NCBI GenBank assembly: GCA_963728395.1
Contig: CAVSJJ010000008.1
Span: forward strand, 422,227-486,226
DNA from: an uncultured Actinomycetota bacterium
GTDB lineage: Bacteria > Actinomycetota > Actinomycetes > Actinomycetales > Dermatophilaceae
DNA: 64,000 nucleotides
Direction: 5' to 3'
The notes beneath the pieces are model-generated. The model was not told the DNA's origin and did not search any database. It was given only the letters and a program-made list of their open reading frames with translations. The translations under genes were made by a program, and so were the position numbers. Below are positions 28,234 through 37,365 of the stretch, one piece after another (position 1 is the stretch's first letter; each line of letters begins with the position of its first letter).

Positions 28234-28673
28234 GGCTGTGGCCTCTCGTCGAGGCCGACGAACCGCACGATCGCGTCAGCAGGGACTGCGGTCAAGCCGT
28301 GGAGCGAGTCGGCGTGGGCCGCCCGAGCGCTCCCCCGGTGCCCGCGGCAGGCTGCCCGCACCAGTGCTCGCCGCAGCTCGGCCGGCGCCATCGCGCGGGC
28401 CTCTGGCTCGTGCTGCATGAGCCAGCCCATGGCGGCGAGCAGCTCGACCGTGGCGTGCTCGACCGTCACCTCCACCGGGCGCCGGGAGCCGGCCGGCGTC
28501 ACGTACCGACGCCGGCGCGTGCACACGGCGTCCCGCACCGCGATCCACAACGCATCCCTCGCCGGAGAGGCGACCGCCAACGTCGAGCACCTGGCCAACA
28601 CCTGCGCCACACCGACGCCCAGCCTGTCCACACCGTGCGCTCCCTGCCTCGAGCCGCCCATCGTGCCCTCCAT
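28230..28673 (-). CDS. hypothetical protein (147 aa), element-borne
   Basis: ORF co-oriented and overlapping the next ORF by 4 nt. No recognisable motifs. Confidence 0.4.
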   Translation of the reverse strand: MEGTMGGSRQGAHGVDRLGVGVAQVLARCSTLAVASPARDALWIAVRDAVCTRRRRYVTPAGSRRPVEVTVEHATVELLAAMGWLMQHEPEARAMAPAELRRALVRAACRGHRGSARAAHADSLHGLTAVPADAIVRFVGLDERPQP

Positions 28674-29006
28674 CGAGTGAGTCCCTTCACCCCCTAAAGC
28701 GAAATCGGGGTTCTACGTGCTCACTTCTGGACAAGTCGCATCGGGCGACCTCCGCGAGGACGCCAGATTGGGCCCCGCAGGTTCGCCGGACCGCAGCGGC
28801 AGCGGCGCGGGCATCCCCATCCGTGCCGACGATCCGATCCCCAGCCGGGCGACGGTCAGGATGGTCGACCGAGAGGTCACCGGATGGCTACCCCAGGTCG
28901 GCCGAGAGGGGCGTTGTCTCACTCTCATGCTTGATATGTGGGTGATCCGCGTGGTCACCGGCGCTCCTACGTTGGGGTTGTCCGTTCTCCTCGAGGAGGC
29001 ACCCTG

Positions 29007-30104
29007 ATGTCGAGTCCTGCGCCCTGTCTGATTCCGTCTGCTGGGGCGGTGCCGGATCGGTTGGGTGATCCGCTGCTGGATGACTTCTTGGAGTTCCTGG
29101 CCGTTCGGTGCCGGCCGAACTCGGTGTTGGCGGCCAGGTTCGACCTGAAGGTGTTCTTCGAGGTGGTGGCCAAGCCGGTCGAGCAGGTGGGCGCGGCGGA
29201 CGTGCTGGGGTTCATCACCGCGCAGCGCACCGGCGCCCGGTGCCTGCCCGAGCCCGGTGTGCGGGTGTTGCCGACGGACGCTGTGGGTGTCACGTCGCGC
29301 ACGATCCGTCGCCGGCTGTCCACGGTCAGCGGGTTGTACGCGTTCTTGGCGGTGCGTGGGGACGTGCCGGCCAACCCGGTCCCGAGGGGGTTGCCGACCC
29401 GCCGGGAGCTGGGCCGGCCCGGCCAGGGTGTGCCGTTGGTGCGGGCCCCGCGCCGGACGTTGCCGCGGATCCTGACCCCGGCCGAGGTCGACGCGTTGGC
29501 CGGTGCGTTGCGCACCCACCGGGACCGGGCGATGGTCGCCGCGATGGTGCTGGGTGGGCTGCGCCGCTGCGAGGTCCTGGGCCTTCGCCTGGGTGATGTG
29601 CGGGCGGGTGAGCGGCGGTTGTTCATCAACGAGGGCAAGGGCGGTGCGCAGCGGCTGGTGCCGATCTCGCCGCGGTTCTTCGAGCACCTTGCGGCCTACC
29701 TGGACGTGGAGCGACCTGCCGACGCCGATACCGACGCGGTGTTCCTGGTCCTGAAACGTCCCCGCCGGGGCCGGCCACTGACGGCGTACGGGGTCGACCA
29801 GGTGATGGACGGCGCCCGGGCCCGGGCCGGGCTGGCCCACGCCACCTGCCATCAGCTGCGGCACACCTGCCTAACCCGGCTTCGGGAGGCCGGGATGCCG
29901 TTGGAGGCGGTGCAAGCCCAGGCCGTGCACGCCAGCATCGAGTCGACCAGGATCTACTTGCACCTGGCCGATGACTGGCTGGCCTCTCAGTACCGTCGCG
30001 CCGCCGAGGTCATCGACGCCCAGGTCTTCGCCGGCACCCCCACCGGGAGCCCACCGACCGCGACGGATCGGGCGCCGATCCCAGGCTTTCGGAGGCTGCG
30101 GTGA
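29007..30104 (+). CDS. tyrosine recombinase (XerC/D-like), first of pair
   Basis: RBS gaggagg. N-terminal SAM-like LDDFLEFLAVRCRPNSVLAARFDLKVFF. Catalytic LGGLRRCEVLGLRLGDV...HQLRHTCLTRLREAGMPLEAVQAQAVHASIESTRIYLH. Confidence 0.85.
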   Translation: MSSPAPCLIPSAGAVPDRLGDPLLDDFLEFLAVRCRPNSVLAARFDLKVFFEVVAKPVEQVGAADVLGFITAQRTGARCLPEPGVRVLPTDAVGVTSRTIRRRLSTVSGLYAFLAVRGDVPANPVPRGLPTRRELGRPGQGVPLVRAPRRTLPRILTPAEVDALAGALRTHRDRAMVAAMVLGGLRRCEVLGLRLGDVRAGERRLFINEGKGGAQRLVPISPRFFEHLAAYLDVERPADADTDAVFLVLKRPRRGRPLTAYGVDQVMDGARARAGLAHATCHQLRHTCLTRLREAGMPLEAVQAQAVHASIESTRIYLHLADDWLASQYRRAAEVIDAQVFAGTPTGSPPTATDRAPIPGFRRLR

Positions 30105-31348
30105 GCGGGCCGCTGCTGCTGCCCACCTGGGCCCAGCTCGACACCACCCACCCGCAGGTGGTGGCAACGATGCGCGCCTACCTGGACCAGGTCGCGTGCG
30201 TGCTGCGCCCGGGCAGCGTCGGTGGCGCCGACCTCGCGCTGCGCTCGTTGGCGGCCTACCTGGCCGACCAACATCCTGACCTGCACCGGGTCCGTGACGT
30301 CGGGCGCGTCCACATCGAAGGGTTCAAGCCGTGGCTGGCGGCCCGCCCGGGACAGAACCGCACCCGGCTGACCCCGGCCACCATCGCGCACCGCCTCGGC
30401 ACGCTACGGGTGTTCTTCCTGCGGATCGACGAATGGGGTTGGGACGACGCACCGCCGCGGGTGCCGATGTTCCTCGGTGACGTCCCCAAGCAGCACCACG
30501 CCCTGCCCAAGGCCTTGGACGACGCCACCGCCGCGAAGCTGCTGCGCGCCGCCCAGGCCGACAAGCGGATGCTCGTCGGGGTCACCGTGGAGTTCCTCCT
30601 ACGCACCGGGCTACGGGTCGGGGAGTACACGGCCCTGACCGCCGACGCCGTGGTCCTGATCGGTGACACCCACTGGCTGCACGTACCGGTCGGCAAGCTC
30701 CACGAAGACCGCTACCTGCCACTGCACCCGCGCATCGTGGAGCTGATCGACACCTACCGGGCCGCGCACGTCCCGCCCGGGCACCCGCTGCTGCTCCCAC
30801 GCGAGAACGGCAAACCGATGGACCGGCACGGTGTCACCCGCTACATCAACAAGGCCGGCGCCGCGGCCGGGCTGGGCCACATCCACCCCCACCAGCTGCG
30901 GCACACCCTGGCCACCCAGGCCATCAACCGCGGCATGAGCATCGAGGCGATCGCCGCGATGCTGGGCCACAAGTCGCTGGACATGACCTTGGTGTACGCC
31001 AAGATGACCAACCGCACCGTGGCCGAGGAGTACTTCACCGTCGCCGCCAAGGTCGACGCCCTGTACGCCTCACCCTCGCAGCTACCCGCCGACGACCTCG
31101 GACCCAACATGGCCCGCCTGAACCGTGAGCACCACCGCATGCTCGGCAACGGCTACTGCGCCCGACCCAAGGTCATGGACTGCCAGTTCGAGAACATCTG
31201 CGAGTCGTGCACGTTCTTCCAAACCAGCATCGAGTTCCGACCCACCCTCCTCGCCCAACGCCAAGACGCCTGCAACAAGGGCCAAGTCAGACGAGCCGAG
31301 ATCTTCGACCAGCTCATCACCGGCCTCGAGAACACCGAAGCCTCTTGA
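30101..31348 (+). CDS. tyrosine recombinase, second of pair, with Cys-rich C-terminal extension
   Basis: The GTG overlaps the previous stop (GTGA). Catalytic TGLRVGEYTAL...HQLRHTLATQAINRGMSIEAIAAMLGHKSLDMTLVYAK. C-terminal NGYCARPKVMDCQFENICESCTFFQT. Confidence 0.85.
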   Translation: MSGPLLLPTWAQLDTTHPQVVATMRAYLDQVACVLRPGSVGGADLALRSLAAYLADQHPDLHRVRDVGRVHIEGFKPWLAARPGQNRTRLTPATIAHRLGTLRVFFLRIDEWGWDDAPPRVPMFLGDVPKQHHALPKALDDATAAKLLRAAQADKRMLVGVTVEFLLRTGLRVGEYTALTADAVVLIGDTHWLHVPVGKLHEDRYLPLHPRIVELIDTYRAAHVPPGHPLLLPRENGKPMDRHGVTRYINKAGAAAGLGHIHPHQLRHTLATQAINRGMSIEAIAAMLGHKSLDMTLVYAKMTNRTVAEEYFTVAAKVDALYASPSQLPADDLGPNMARLNREHHRMLGNGYCARPKVMDCQFENICESCTFFQTSIEFRPTLLAQRQDACNKGQVRRAEIFDQLITGLENTEAS

Positions 31349-31408
31349 CACCGATCACCCACATAATGCCGAATTGAGGACGTCTCGCGACCCCGCGTGT
31401 TGAGGGGG

Positions 31409-31789
31409 CTAGGAGGCAACGAACCCCGGTATTGCGACCCCCACGATGACCCCGATGGAACATGCGACATACATCGCGGCGGCGGCGCTGAACACTCTTC
31501 GCTCGCGGGACGAGCGCGCCGACGAACGCGCTCGGGCCAAACCTCGGGATGCGCCGTTCGCGAGGAAGATCAGCGTTAGCAGGACGATGCCCAACGTGAC
31601 CGGCACGCCGTACACGGCCCAGGCGTCTACGCGGGAGTACCACAGGTCGACATCGAAGAGCCCGGCAATGCTCAGCATCAGAGCACCCAGCAGGCCAGCC
31701 CCGCAAGCAGCAGCAGTGGCGCCAAAGAGCCGTTTCTCGTCGTTCTTGGATGAAGGTGCCCGACTGGTCTCACCAAGAACACGCCGCAT
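31409..31789 (-). CDS. small membrane protein (about 126 aa), hypothetical
   Basis: An internal ATG (MRRVLGETS...) gives three hydrophobic segments (ACGAGLLGALMLSIAGLF, VYGVPVTLGIVLLTLIFL, AAAAMYVACSIGVIVGVAIPGFV). Lower-GC region. Confidence 0.4.
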   Translation of the reverse strand: MRRVLGETSRAPSSKNDEKRLFGATAAACGAGLLGALMLSIAGLFDVDLWYSRVDAWAVYGVPVTLGIVLLTLIFLANGASRGLARARSSARSSRERRVFSAAAAMYVACSIGVIVGVAIPGFVAS

Positions 31790-31983
31790 TGAGGTCAACA
31801 GATCCCCGCCCAATTGCGTGTTGGGACCACTACCGCTCACCTGCGCTCCCGTCCCATGACTAGGAAGATCTGGCCTCCCAACCCAGGGAGGGCGTCGCTC
31901 AGTATCCCTCGGACACACTCTGCTCCGCTGGCATGACGCCAGACTGTGTGCTCGGTCACGCCGCAGATCGTGCCGATGAGCGG

Positions 31984-32316
31984 TCACCCAACGATGTTGT
32001 CAACGTTGACGTAGTAGACCCGGTCAAGGCCCTCGGCGATTTCCTCGTCAGACGAATACCGACGCCGGTCCAGGAGGAGCGGCTCGGCCTGTTCGATATC
32101 GACGTCGTTGGGATCGGCATCGTCCCAGGCCCCCACTCGGATCCTGATCTCACCCTGCTGGGCAAGGTCGAACAGGGCCGCGCCAAGCGCGTCCAGCCCG
32201 GCCGTCCCCAGCGGAATCAGCCCAGCGCGACGGCAGCTATCCGTGATCTCCCATAGTGGGATGTCGCCCTCAAGTCCCAAGGCGAGGATCTCCCGGCGAA
32301 GTGCGTCGTGACTCAC
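31984..32316 (-). CDS. hypothetical protein (110 aa) in cassette array
   Basis: ATG ORF with an acidic, globular-looking sequence. The stop is followed directly by junction motif gccgcagatcgtgccgatgag (reverse-complement orientation). Confidence 0.5.
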   Translation of the reverse strand: MSHDALRREILALGLEGDIPLWEITDSCRRAGLIPLGTAGLDALGAALFDLAQQGEIRIRVGAWDDADPNDVDIEQAEPLLLDRRRYSSDEEIAEGLDRVYYVNVDNIVG

Positions 32317-32374
32317 GCCGGGAGCGTCTCACGGAACGCCATCTGCCGCCGATCGTGCCGATGAGCGCGGCCGA

Positions 32375-32656
32375 TCACTCAAGTCCCTTCGGAGTATGGC
32401 GACCTGTCGTGTGGGACGTGCGCCGCCCCCACCCCACCGTCCAGTCGACCGCATAGAAGCCTAGGCAGAGGATCAAGGTGCCAAACCAAAGCCATGGGAC
32501 CCAATGAGCGGGTCCCTTCGCCTGAAGGAACAAGCCCAGCACGATGGAGAAGATCAAGACGAACTCGCCGGGCTCTTCTCCCTTGACGTGCAGTACCCAC
32601 CCAAGTCCCACCATCAACAACAGGGCAGCGACCGCAGCACCGCTGATGTCGTCCAT
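32375..32656 (-). CDS. small membrane protein (93 aa) in cassette array
   Basis: Three hydrophobic segments. The stop is followed directly by the junction motif. Confidence 0.5.
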   Translation of the reverse strand: MDDISGAAVAALLLMVGLGWVLHVKGEEPGEFVLIFSIVLGLFLQAKGPAHWVPWLWFGTLILCLGFYAVDWTVGWGRRTSHTTGRHTPKGLE

Positions 32657-32826
32657 ACTCAGCAGGCTAACCGTCGGCTCACTGCAGGGCGGTCAGTCAC
32701 GGGTCTGTGTGAGCACGGCGACGTCCGCTCTTGCCGCTGTCGCGGCCGTACGCTCTTGCCGCTGTCGTGGGAAGGGAGCCCGCCGCTCAGGCAGATCGAG
32801 GTCAGGCCCCGCGCTAGGGTCCAACC

Positions 32827-33129
32827 ATGCCGTCTGATGACCTCGGGGTCCTGTCCCTTGAGATGCGATCACGGGCCCGAGTCGACCCGAACGGCGAGGT
32901 GTCTTGGCACGTTCGTGATGCCCCGGCAGTACTTGGGCAACTTGCCGATGCCGGTCGCGTCGTGCTCGGCTTGGACCTACGCGATTACAAGGACGATGGG
33001 ACCTTCGTGGAGCTTGCCTGGAGCGCCTATGACGGCTCGGACCCGGTTGAGGCCCGCGACTCGGCATCCCGAGCGCTCGCGCGCCCCGAAATTCCCTGCG
33101 ACTGGGTCCTCATCACCTGGCGACCCTGA
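32827..33129 (+). CDS. hypothetical protein (100 aa) in cassette array
   Basis: ATG lies 6 nt after tagggt (a leaderless-type -10). Globular-looking sequence. Junction motif immediately downstream. Confidence 0.5.
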   Translation: MPSDDLGVLSLEMRSRARVDPNGEVSWHVRDAPAVLGQLADAGRVVLGLDLRDYKDDGTFVELAWSAYDGSDPVEARDSASRALARPEIPCDWVLITWRP

Positions 33130-33174
33130 GGCGTCCACTCTTGCCGCCGATCGTGCCGATGAGTGGGCGCCCGC

Positions 33175-33483
33175 TCACCTATCGGCGACGGTATCCAGCA
33201 GGCGCGCAACGTGCTCGGTGGCGGCTGCGGCATCAGGCGTATCCAGCCGCGTGTCGAGTGCGTCGCCCTCGACTGTGAACGGTGCCGCCCCTCCGGGCCA
33301 CGTGTCGACCTGGACCTCAACTCCGGCGCGCTGGACCCAAAAGACATGGTCGTCGTCAGAGGGGTAAGTGCCGACCATGCGGCTTACCGTGACATCCGGG
33401 AAGCGTGCCCGCACCGAGCGGAGGATGTCGTCTAGCGGACCGCCGGTGGTGTCATCTGGTCCCCATGCCCTGCTGCCTGCCAT
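33175..33483 (-). CDS. hypothetical protein (102 aa) in cassette array
   Basis: Internal ATG (MAGSRAWGPDD...) of the 253-aa ORF. Acidic and globular-looking. The stop abuts the junction motif. Confidence 0.45.
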   Translation of the reverse strand: MAGSRAWGPDDTTGGPLDDILRSVRARFPDVTVSRMVGTYPSDDDHVFWVQRAGVEVQVDTWPGGAAPFTVEGDALDTRLDTPDAAAATEHVARLLDTVADR

Positions 33484-33576
33484 GGGACCAGTGTCACGCA
33501 ATGCACTCTCTTGCCGCGGGTCGTGCTCTGCGCGTTGTCGTCGCGGCTGGGGATGGGCTGCTCTAGTGTCCGTGGT

Positions 33577-33918
33577 GTGGCCGATGACCTCGACGCGCTG
33601 GCCGGAGCTTGGCACGCCGCAGCCGCGGATCTTGGGCTGAGAGTCCGTGCCCCATTCAGACTCTCGGAGCGCATTGAGTGCATCGCCTGGGTGGCCGACG
33701 TCGGATCGCCGCAAGGCACCGTCGTCGCCGCTCTTCACTCTTCCAATGAGGCCGTCCGCGCGGCCGCTGAGTCTCAATCGATGTACTGCTCCGAGGTGGA
33801 TGAAGCGGCGTACAGCAAGTACGACCGAGAACTCTTCACAGAGACACTGAGCGACTGGGGGTGGTTCGGAGACGCCTCGGCGTTCCCGGACTGGTACACC
33901 GGTCCCGAAAGCGGATGA
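33577..33918 (+). CDS. hypothetical protein (about 113 aa) in cassette array
   Basis: GTG lies 7 nt after tagtgt (an ATG alternative is at 33553). C-terminal FTETLSDWGWFGDASAFPDWY. Confidence 0.4.
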   Translation: MADDLDALAGAWHAAAADLGLRVRAPFRLSERIECIAWVADVGSPQGTVVAALHSSNEAVRAAAESQSMYCSEVDEAAYSKYDRELFTETLSDWGWFGDASAFPDWYTGPESG

Positions 33919-33964
33919 CGCTACAACCGCACTCATCTGCCGCTGTCGGCGCTAGCGTCCGACC

Positions 33965-34303
33965 ATGCCGCTGGCGGGCGACTCATCTGAGGTGATCTGG
34001 AAGCTTCCTGGGTTGTCGATGGCCGATGACGAAGGCGACAGCCTTCGCCCGCGCCGGGGCGACAGGGTCCACCCAGACTTCGACGGAGTAGTTGCCTGTC
34101 AGGACGTCGACGCTTCGTCCCTCATCACCAATGGACAGGTGGAACCCGTGATCGCCAACGATCAACTCAGAGGCCCGGCGCCCTGCCCCCTGAGGGTCAC
34201 CTCCACCCCGCCCGTCACCCCGCTCCGACCCTCGAGCCCGGCACACCGACCAACGCCCCTCACCGACCCCCGGCCTGCAACGTCCCCGGGCGCCCCCGCC
34301 TGA
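33965..34303 (+). CDS. possible small ORF (112 aa), doubtful
   Basis: ATG lies 6 nt after tagcgt, in the same promoter-like context as 32827, but the C-terminal half is Pro-rich junk-like. A competing minus-strand TTG ORF (about 33983-34165, LIVGDHGFHLSIGDEGRSVDVL...) is equally plausible. Confidence 0.2.
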   Translation: MPLAGDSSEVIWKLPGLSMADDEGDSLRPRRGDRVHPDFDGVVACQDVDASSLITNGQVEPVIANDQLRGPAPCPLRVTSTPPVTPLRPSSPAHRPTPLTDPRPATSPGAPA

Positions 34304-34399
34304 TCTCCTCGCACCCCAACCCCATTGCGGCACACCTCTGGCACTGAAGCTGCCGGGGCCCGATGGTGCCCCCCTCGTCTCCGTCTTCCGGGTGTGACG

Positions 34400-37330
34400 A
34401 TGTCCATCCGGCGGATGAGCCTCGGGGCCGGCTACCGGTATCTGATGTCGACCGTCGCGCGGGGGGACGTGGACGCGCCGGCGCGGTCGCCGATGGTCGG
34501 GTACTACTCCGGCGAGGGCACTCCGCCGGGGGTCTTCCTCGGCCGCGGGCTGGCCGGCCTGGCCGATGGACGAGGCGTCGTGGCCGGCTCCATCGTGAGA
34601 CCCGAGCAGCTCGAGCGAATGCTGCTGCGCCTTGCCGACCCCGTCACCGGACAGCCGCTGGGGCGCGGGCCAAGTCAGCACCGCGAGACGATCGGACCCG
34701 ACGGGACGACCCGGAAACGGCCGCAGCCGGTGGCCGGTTTCGACCTGACCTTCTCCGTCCCGAAGAGCGTCTCGGTGGCCTGGGCGCTGGCCGATCCCGC
34801 CACGCGCCAGGCCATCCACGCGGCTCACCAGCGGGCGGTCATGTTCGTCCTGGCGTATGCCGAGGACACCGTCTTCGCGACCCGCACCGGTGCCGGTGGG
34901 TCCGTCCGCGAGCCGGTCCTCGGGGTGGTTGCGGCGGCCTTCGACCACTGGGACTCCCGGGCCGGCGACCCGCAGCTGCATACCCATCTGGTGGTCCTCA
35001 ACCGCGCCCAGGCGGCCGGCGACGGGCGCTGGCGGACGCTCGACTCGCGCGCCGTCTTCGGGGCCACGGTGACGTTGTCGGAGCTGTACAACGGGGTGCT
35101 TGCCGACCAGCTGACCGCGGCCCTGGGGTGGGGTTGGGTGCCCGTGACGCGGGCCCACTCACCGGAGCGGAAGTGGGAGGTGGGCGGGGTCCCGGCCGCA
35201 CTGCGGGCGGAGTTCTCCCAGCGCTCGGGGGCGATCGAGGCCGCCAGCGAGGCGCTGATCGGGCACGCTCGCGACCGGCTGGGGCGCGAGCCCACGGTCC
35301 GCGAGGTCATCGCGCTGCGCCAGCAGGCCACCCTCGACACCCGTCCCGCCAAGACGAAACACTCGCTGGCCGACCTCGTCGAGGACTGGGCCAACAGAGC
35401 CCGCCCGCACCTCGAGGGGGACCCGGCGGAGTGGGTGCGCTCCCTAGGCGGCGCAGACCGTCGGCCGGCGCGATCGAGCGGCGACCTCGACCCCGATCTC
35501 GTCGACGCAGCGGCCCACCACGTCCTCGGCAAGGTCGCCGAGCACCGTTCGACCTTCACCGCGCAGAACGCCCTTGCGGAGACCTTCCGTGCCCTCCAGG
35601 CGATGGTGTTCACCACGCCCGATGAGCGGGTCAGGGCCGCCGAGAGGATCGCGCATCGCGCCCTGGGCCAGGCCGTGCGGCTGACCGAGGGCCCCGACCG
35701 CAGGTACACGACCCACGAGCTTCTGAATGCCGAGGAGCGCCTCCTCGACTACGCCCACCGGGATCGGCCTGGCCCGCGGGTCCGCCCGATCCCCCGCACC
35801 GTCGACCACAGTCCGGTGCCCGTGGCCGGCGCCACGGTCAGCCTCGAGCAGGCCGACGCCGTCGAGGCGATCGCCGGCTCCGGGCGGGCCCTCGACCTCC
35901 TGGTCGGCCCGGCCGGAACCGGCAAGTCCACGACCATGGCCGCACTGCGCGAGGTGTGGGAGGCGGCATACGGGGTGGGCAGCGTGGTTGGGCTCGCACC
36001 CTCCGCCTCCGCGGCCGACGTCCTCGCGGAGGCGGTCGGCATACGCACCGAGAACACCGCGAAGTGGCTCACCGAGCAGAGCCGCCAGGCCGAGCGCGAG
36101 GCAGAACTGGACGAGTTCCGGGCGAAGCTGCTGCGGGCCAGCCCGTCGCTCGCGACCAGGCGCCTCCTGCATGCCGCGTGGTCGCTGTCGGCCGAGATCG
36201 ACCGGTGGCAGCCCCGGCCCGGCCAGCTCGTCATCGTCGACGAGGCCTCCCTGGCCGGCACCCTCGACCTCGCTAGGCTCACCGCCCTCGCCATCGACGC
36301 CGGGGCCAAGGTCCTCCTCGTCGGCGATCCGCACCAGCTCTCCCCCGTCCCCGCCGGCGGCGCCTTCCGGCTCCTCATCGCCGACCGCGCCGAGACCACC
36401 CCCGAGGACCCGGCCCCCGAGCTGACCCGGTCCCACCGGTTCAGCGACCCCTGGGAATCCACCGCCACCCGGCTGCTGCGCGACGGCCACCCGGTCGCCG
36501 TCGACGTCTACCTCGAGAAGGGCCGGGTCGTCGCCGCGCCCCGCGACCCCAGCCTCGACCTGCTCCACGCCGCCTGGGCAGACGACATCCGGCGCGGCCT
36601 TGCCTCGCTCATGGTTGCCACCGACCAGTCCACCGTCACCGACCTCAACGCCCGCGCCCACCGGGACCGCGTCCGCGCCGGAGTGGTCACCTTCCCCACC
36701 CGCTGCGCCCGGATCCTCGGCGACCAGACGCACGCCGGGGTCGGGGACCACATCATCACCCGGAAGAACCAGCGACGGCTCGCCTCCAGCGACGGCGGCT
36801 GGGTCAAGAACGGCGACCGCTGGACCGTCACCGCCGTCGGCGGCGACGGCTCCTTGACCGTCCGCAGCCTGGGTCGCACCGGTCGGGTGGGGCGCTCTCT
36901 GACGCTGCCGAGCGAGTACGTCGACCGGCACGTCCAGCTCGGGTATGCCGTCACCGCCCACCGCGCCCAGGGCACCACCGTCGATACGACCCATGCGTAC
37001 GTGTCCGACTCGACCACCCGCGAGGCGCTCTACGTCATGGCCACCCGAGGGCGGCACGCGAACCGGCTCTACGTCGACACCGACGACCACCTCGCCGTCA
37101 CCGACACCGTCGAGGAGGACCCGACCGTGCGCGGGCGCGAGGTCCTCCGGCACGCCATCACGACCAGCGCGACGGACATCAGCGCGACCCAGACGGCTCG
37201 CCAGGAGGACCCGGTGCCGACGTTTGTGCCCCCGCCCACGCCCACGCCCGGCATCAGGCGGCCCGAGTGGTCGCCGATCCCATGGTCCTCACCCGGCCGC
37301 GGACTCGACGGCCCCAGCCTCGGTCGCTGA
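34400..37330 (+). CDS. MobF-family relaxase (TrwC/TraA-type relaxase fused to RecD-like helicase)
   Basis: MSLGAGYRYLM...VGYYSGEG supplies the catalytic Tyr region. The His triad is HWDSRAGDPQLHTHLVVLN. Helicase motifs LLVGPAGTGKSTTM, LVIVDEASLAG, LLVGDPHQLSPV, GYAVTAHRAQGTTVD. Confidence 0.9.
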   Translation: MSIRRMSLGAGYRYLMSTVARGDVDAPARSPMVGYYSGEGTPPGVFLGRGLAGLADGRGVVAGSIVRPEQLERMLLRLADPVTGQPLGRGPSQHRETIGPDGTTRKRPQPVAGFDLTFSVPKSVSVAWALADPATRQAIHAAHQRAVMFVLAYAEDTVFATRTGAGGSVREPVLGVVAAAFDHWDSRAGDPQLHTHLVVLNRAQAAGDGRWRTLDSRAVFGATVTLSELYNGVLADQLTAALGWGWVPVTRAHSPERKWEVGGVPAALRAEFSQRSGAIEAASEALIGHARDRLGREPTVREVIALRQQATLDTRPAKTKHSLADLVEDWANRARPHLEGDPAEWVRSLGGADRRPARSSGDLDPDLVDAAAHHVLGKVAEHRSTFTAQNALAETFRALQAMVFTTPDERVRAAERIAHRALGQAVRLTEGPDRRYTTHELLNAEERLLDYAHRDRPGPRVRPIPRTVDHSPVPVAGATVSLEQADAVEAIAGSGRALDLLVGPAGTGKSTTMAALREVWEAAYGVGSVVGLAPSASAADVLAEAVGIRTENTAKWLTEQSRQAEREAELDEFRAKLLRASPSLATRRLLHAAWSLSAEIDRWQPRPGQLVIVDEASLAGTLDLARLTALAIDAGAKVLLVGDPHQLSPVPAGGAFRLLIADRAETTPEDPAPELTRSHRFSDPWESTATRLLRDGHPVAVDVYLEKGRVVAAPRDPSLDLLHAAWADDIRRGLASLMVATDQSTVTDLNARAHRDRVRAGVVTFPTRCARILGDQTHAGVGDHIITRKNQRRLASSDGGWVKNGDRWTVTAVGGDGSLTVRSLGRTGRVGRSLTLPSEYVDRHVQLGYAVTAHRAQGTTVDTTHAYVSDSTTREALYVMATRGRHANRLYVDTDDHLAVTDTVEEDPTVRGREVLRHAITTSATDISATQTARQEDPVPTFVPPPTPTPGIRRPEWSPIPWSSPGRGLDGPSLGR

Positions 37331-37365
37331 CATATCTGCGCCGTTGGCGAGTTCGGCCGATCTCC

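Larger units (their letters stand above)
28935..31365 (+). mobile_element. nested 2.4-kb element: two translationally coupled tyrosine recombinases bounded by 13-bp inverted repeats
   Basis: IRL tatgtgggtgatc (28935-28947) and IRR gatcacccacata (31353-31365) are perfect. The IRs lie about 60 nt before the first start codon and 5 nt after the second stop codon. Confidence 0.6.

Noticed and set aside
33159-33161. The ATG inside the junction motif (cgtgccgATGAG) as the start of micro-ORFs. It is present in all three long-form copies.
   Set aside because: The downstream reading frames differ in length and sequence (12-40 aa, no similarity) and run antisense to better ORFs. The ATG is probably just part of the DNA motif.
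31366-34320. Integron-like cassette array serviced by the adjacent tyrosine recombinases.
   Set aside because: The repeats are short, are not imperfect palindromes with GTTRRRY/RYYYAAC cores as attC sites are, and the ORFs are in mixed orientation. Neither recombinase shows an obvious IntI-specific insertion. The region is kept as an unexplained cassette-like array instead.
33983-35158. The 391-aa minus-strand ORF overlapping the relaxase 5' region.
   Set aside because: It is antisense to the strongly supported MobF relaxase and has shadow-type composition. Only its last ~60 codons (33983-34165) remain a weak alternative to the 33965 plus-strand ORF.
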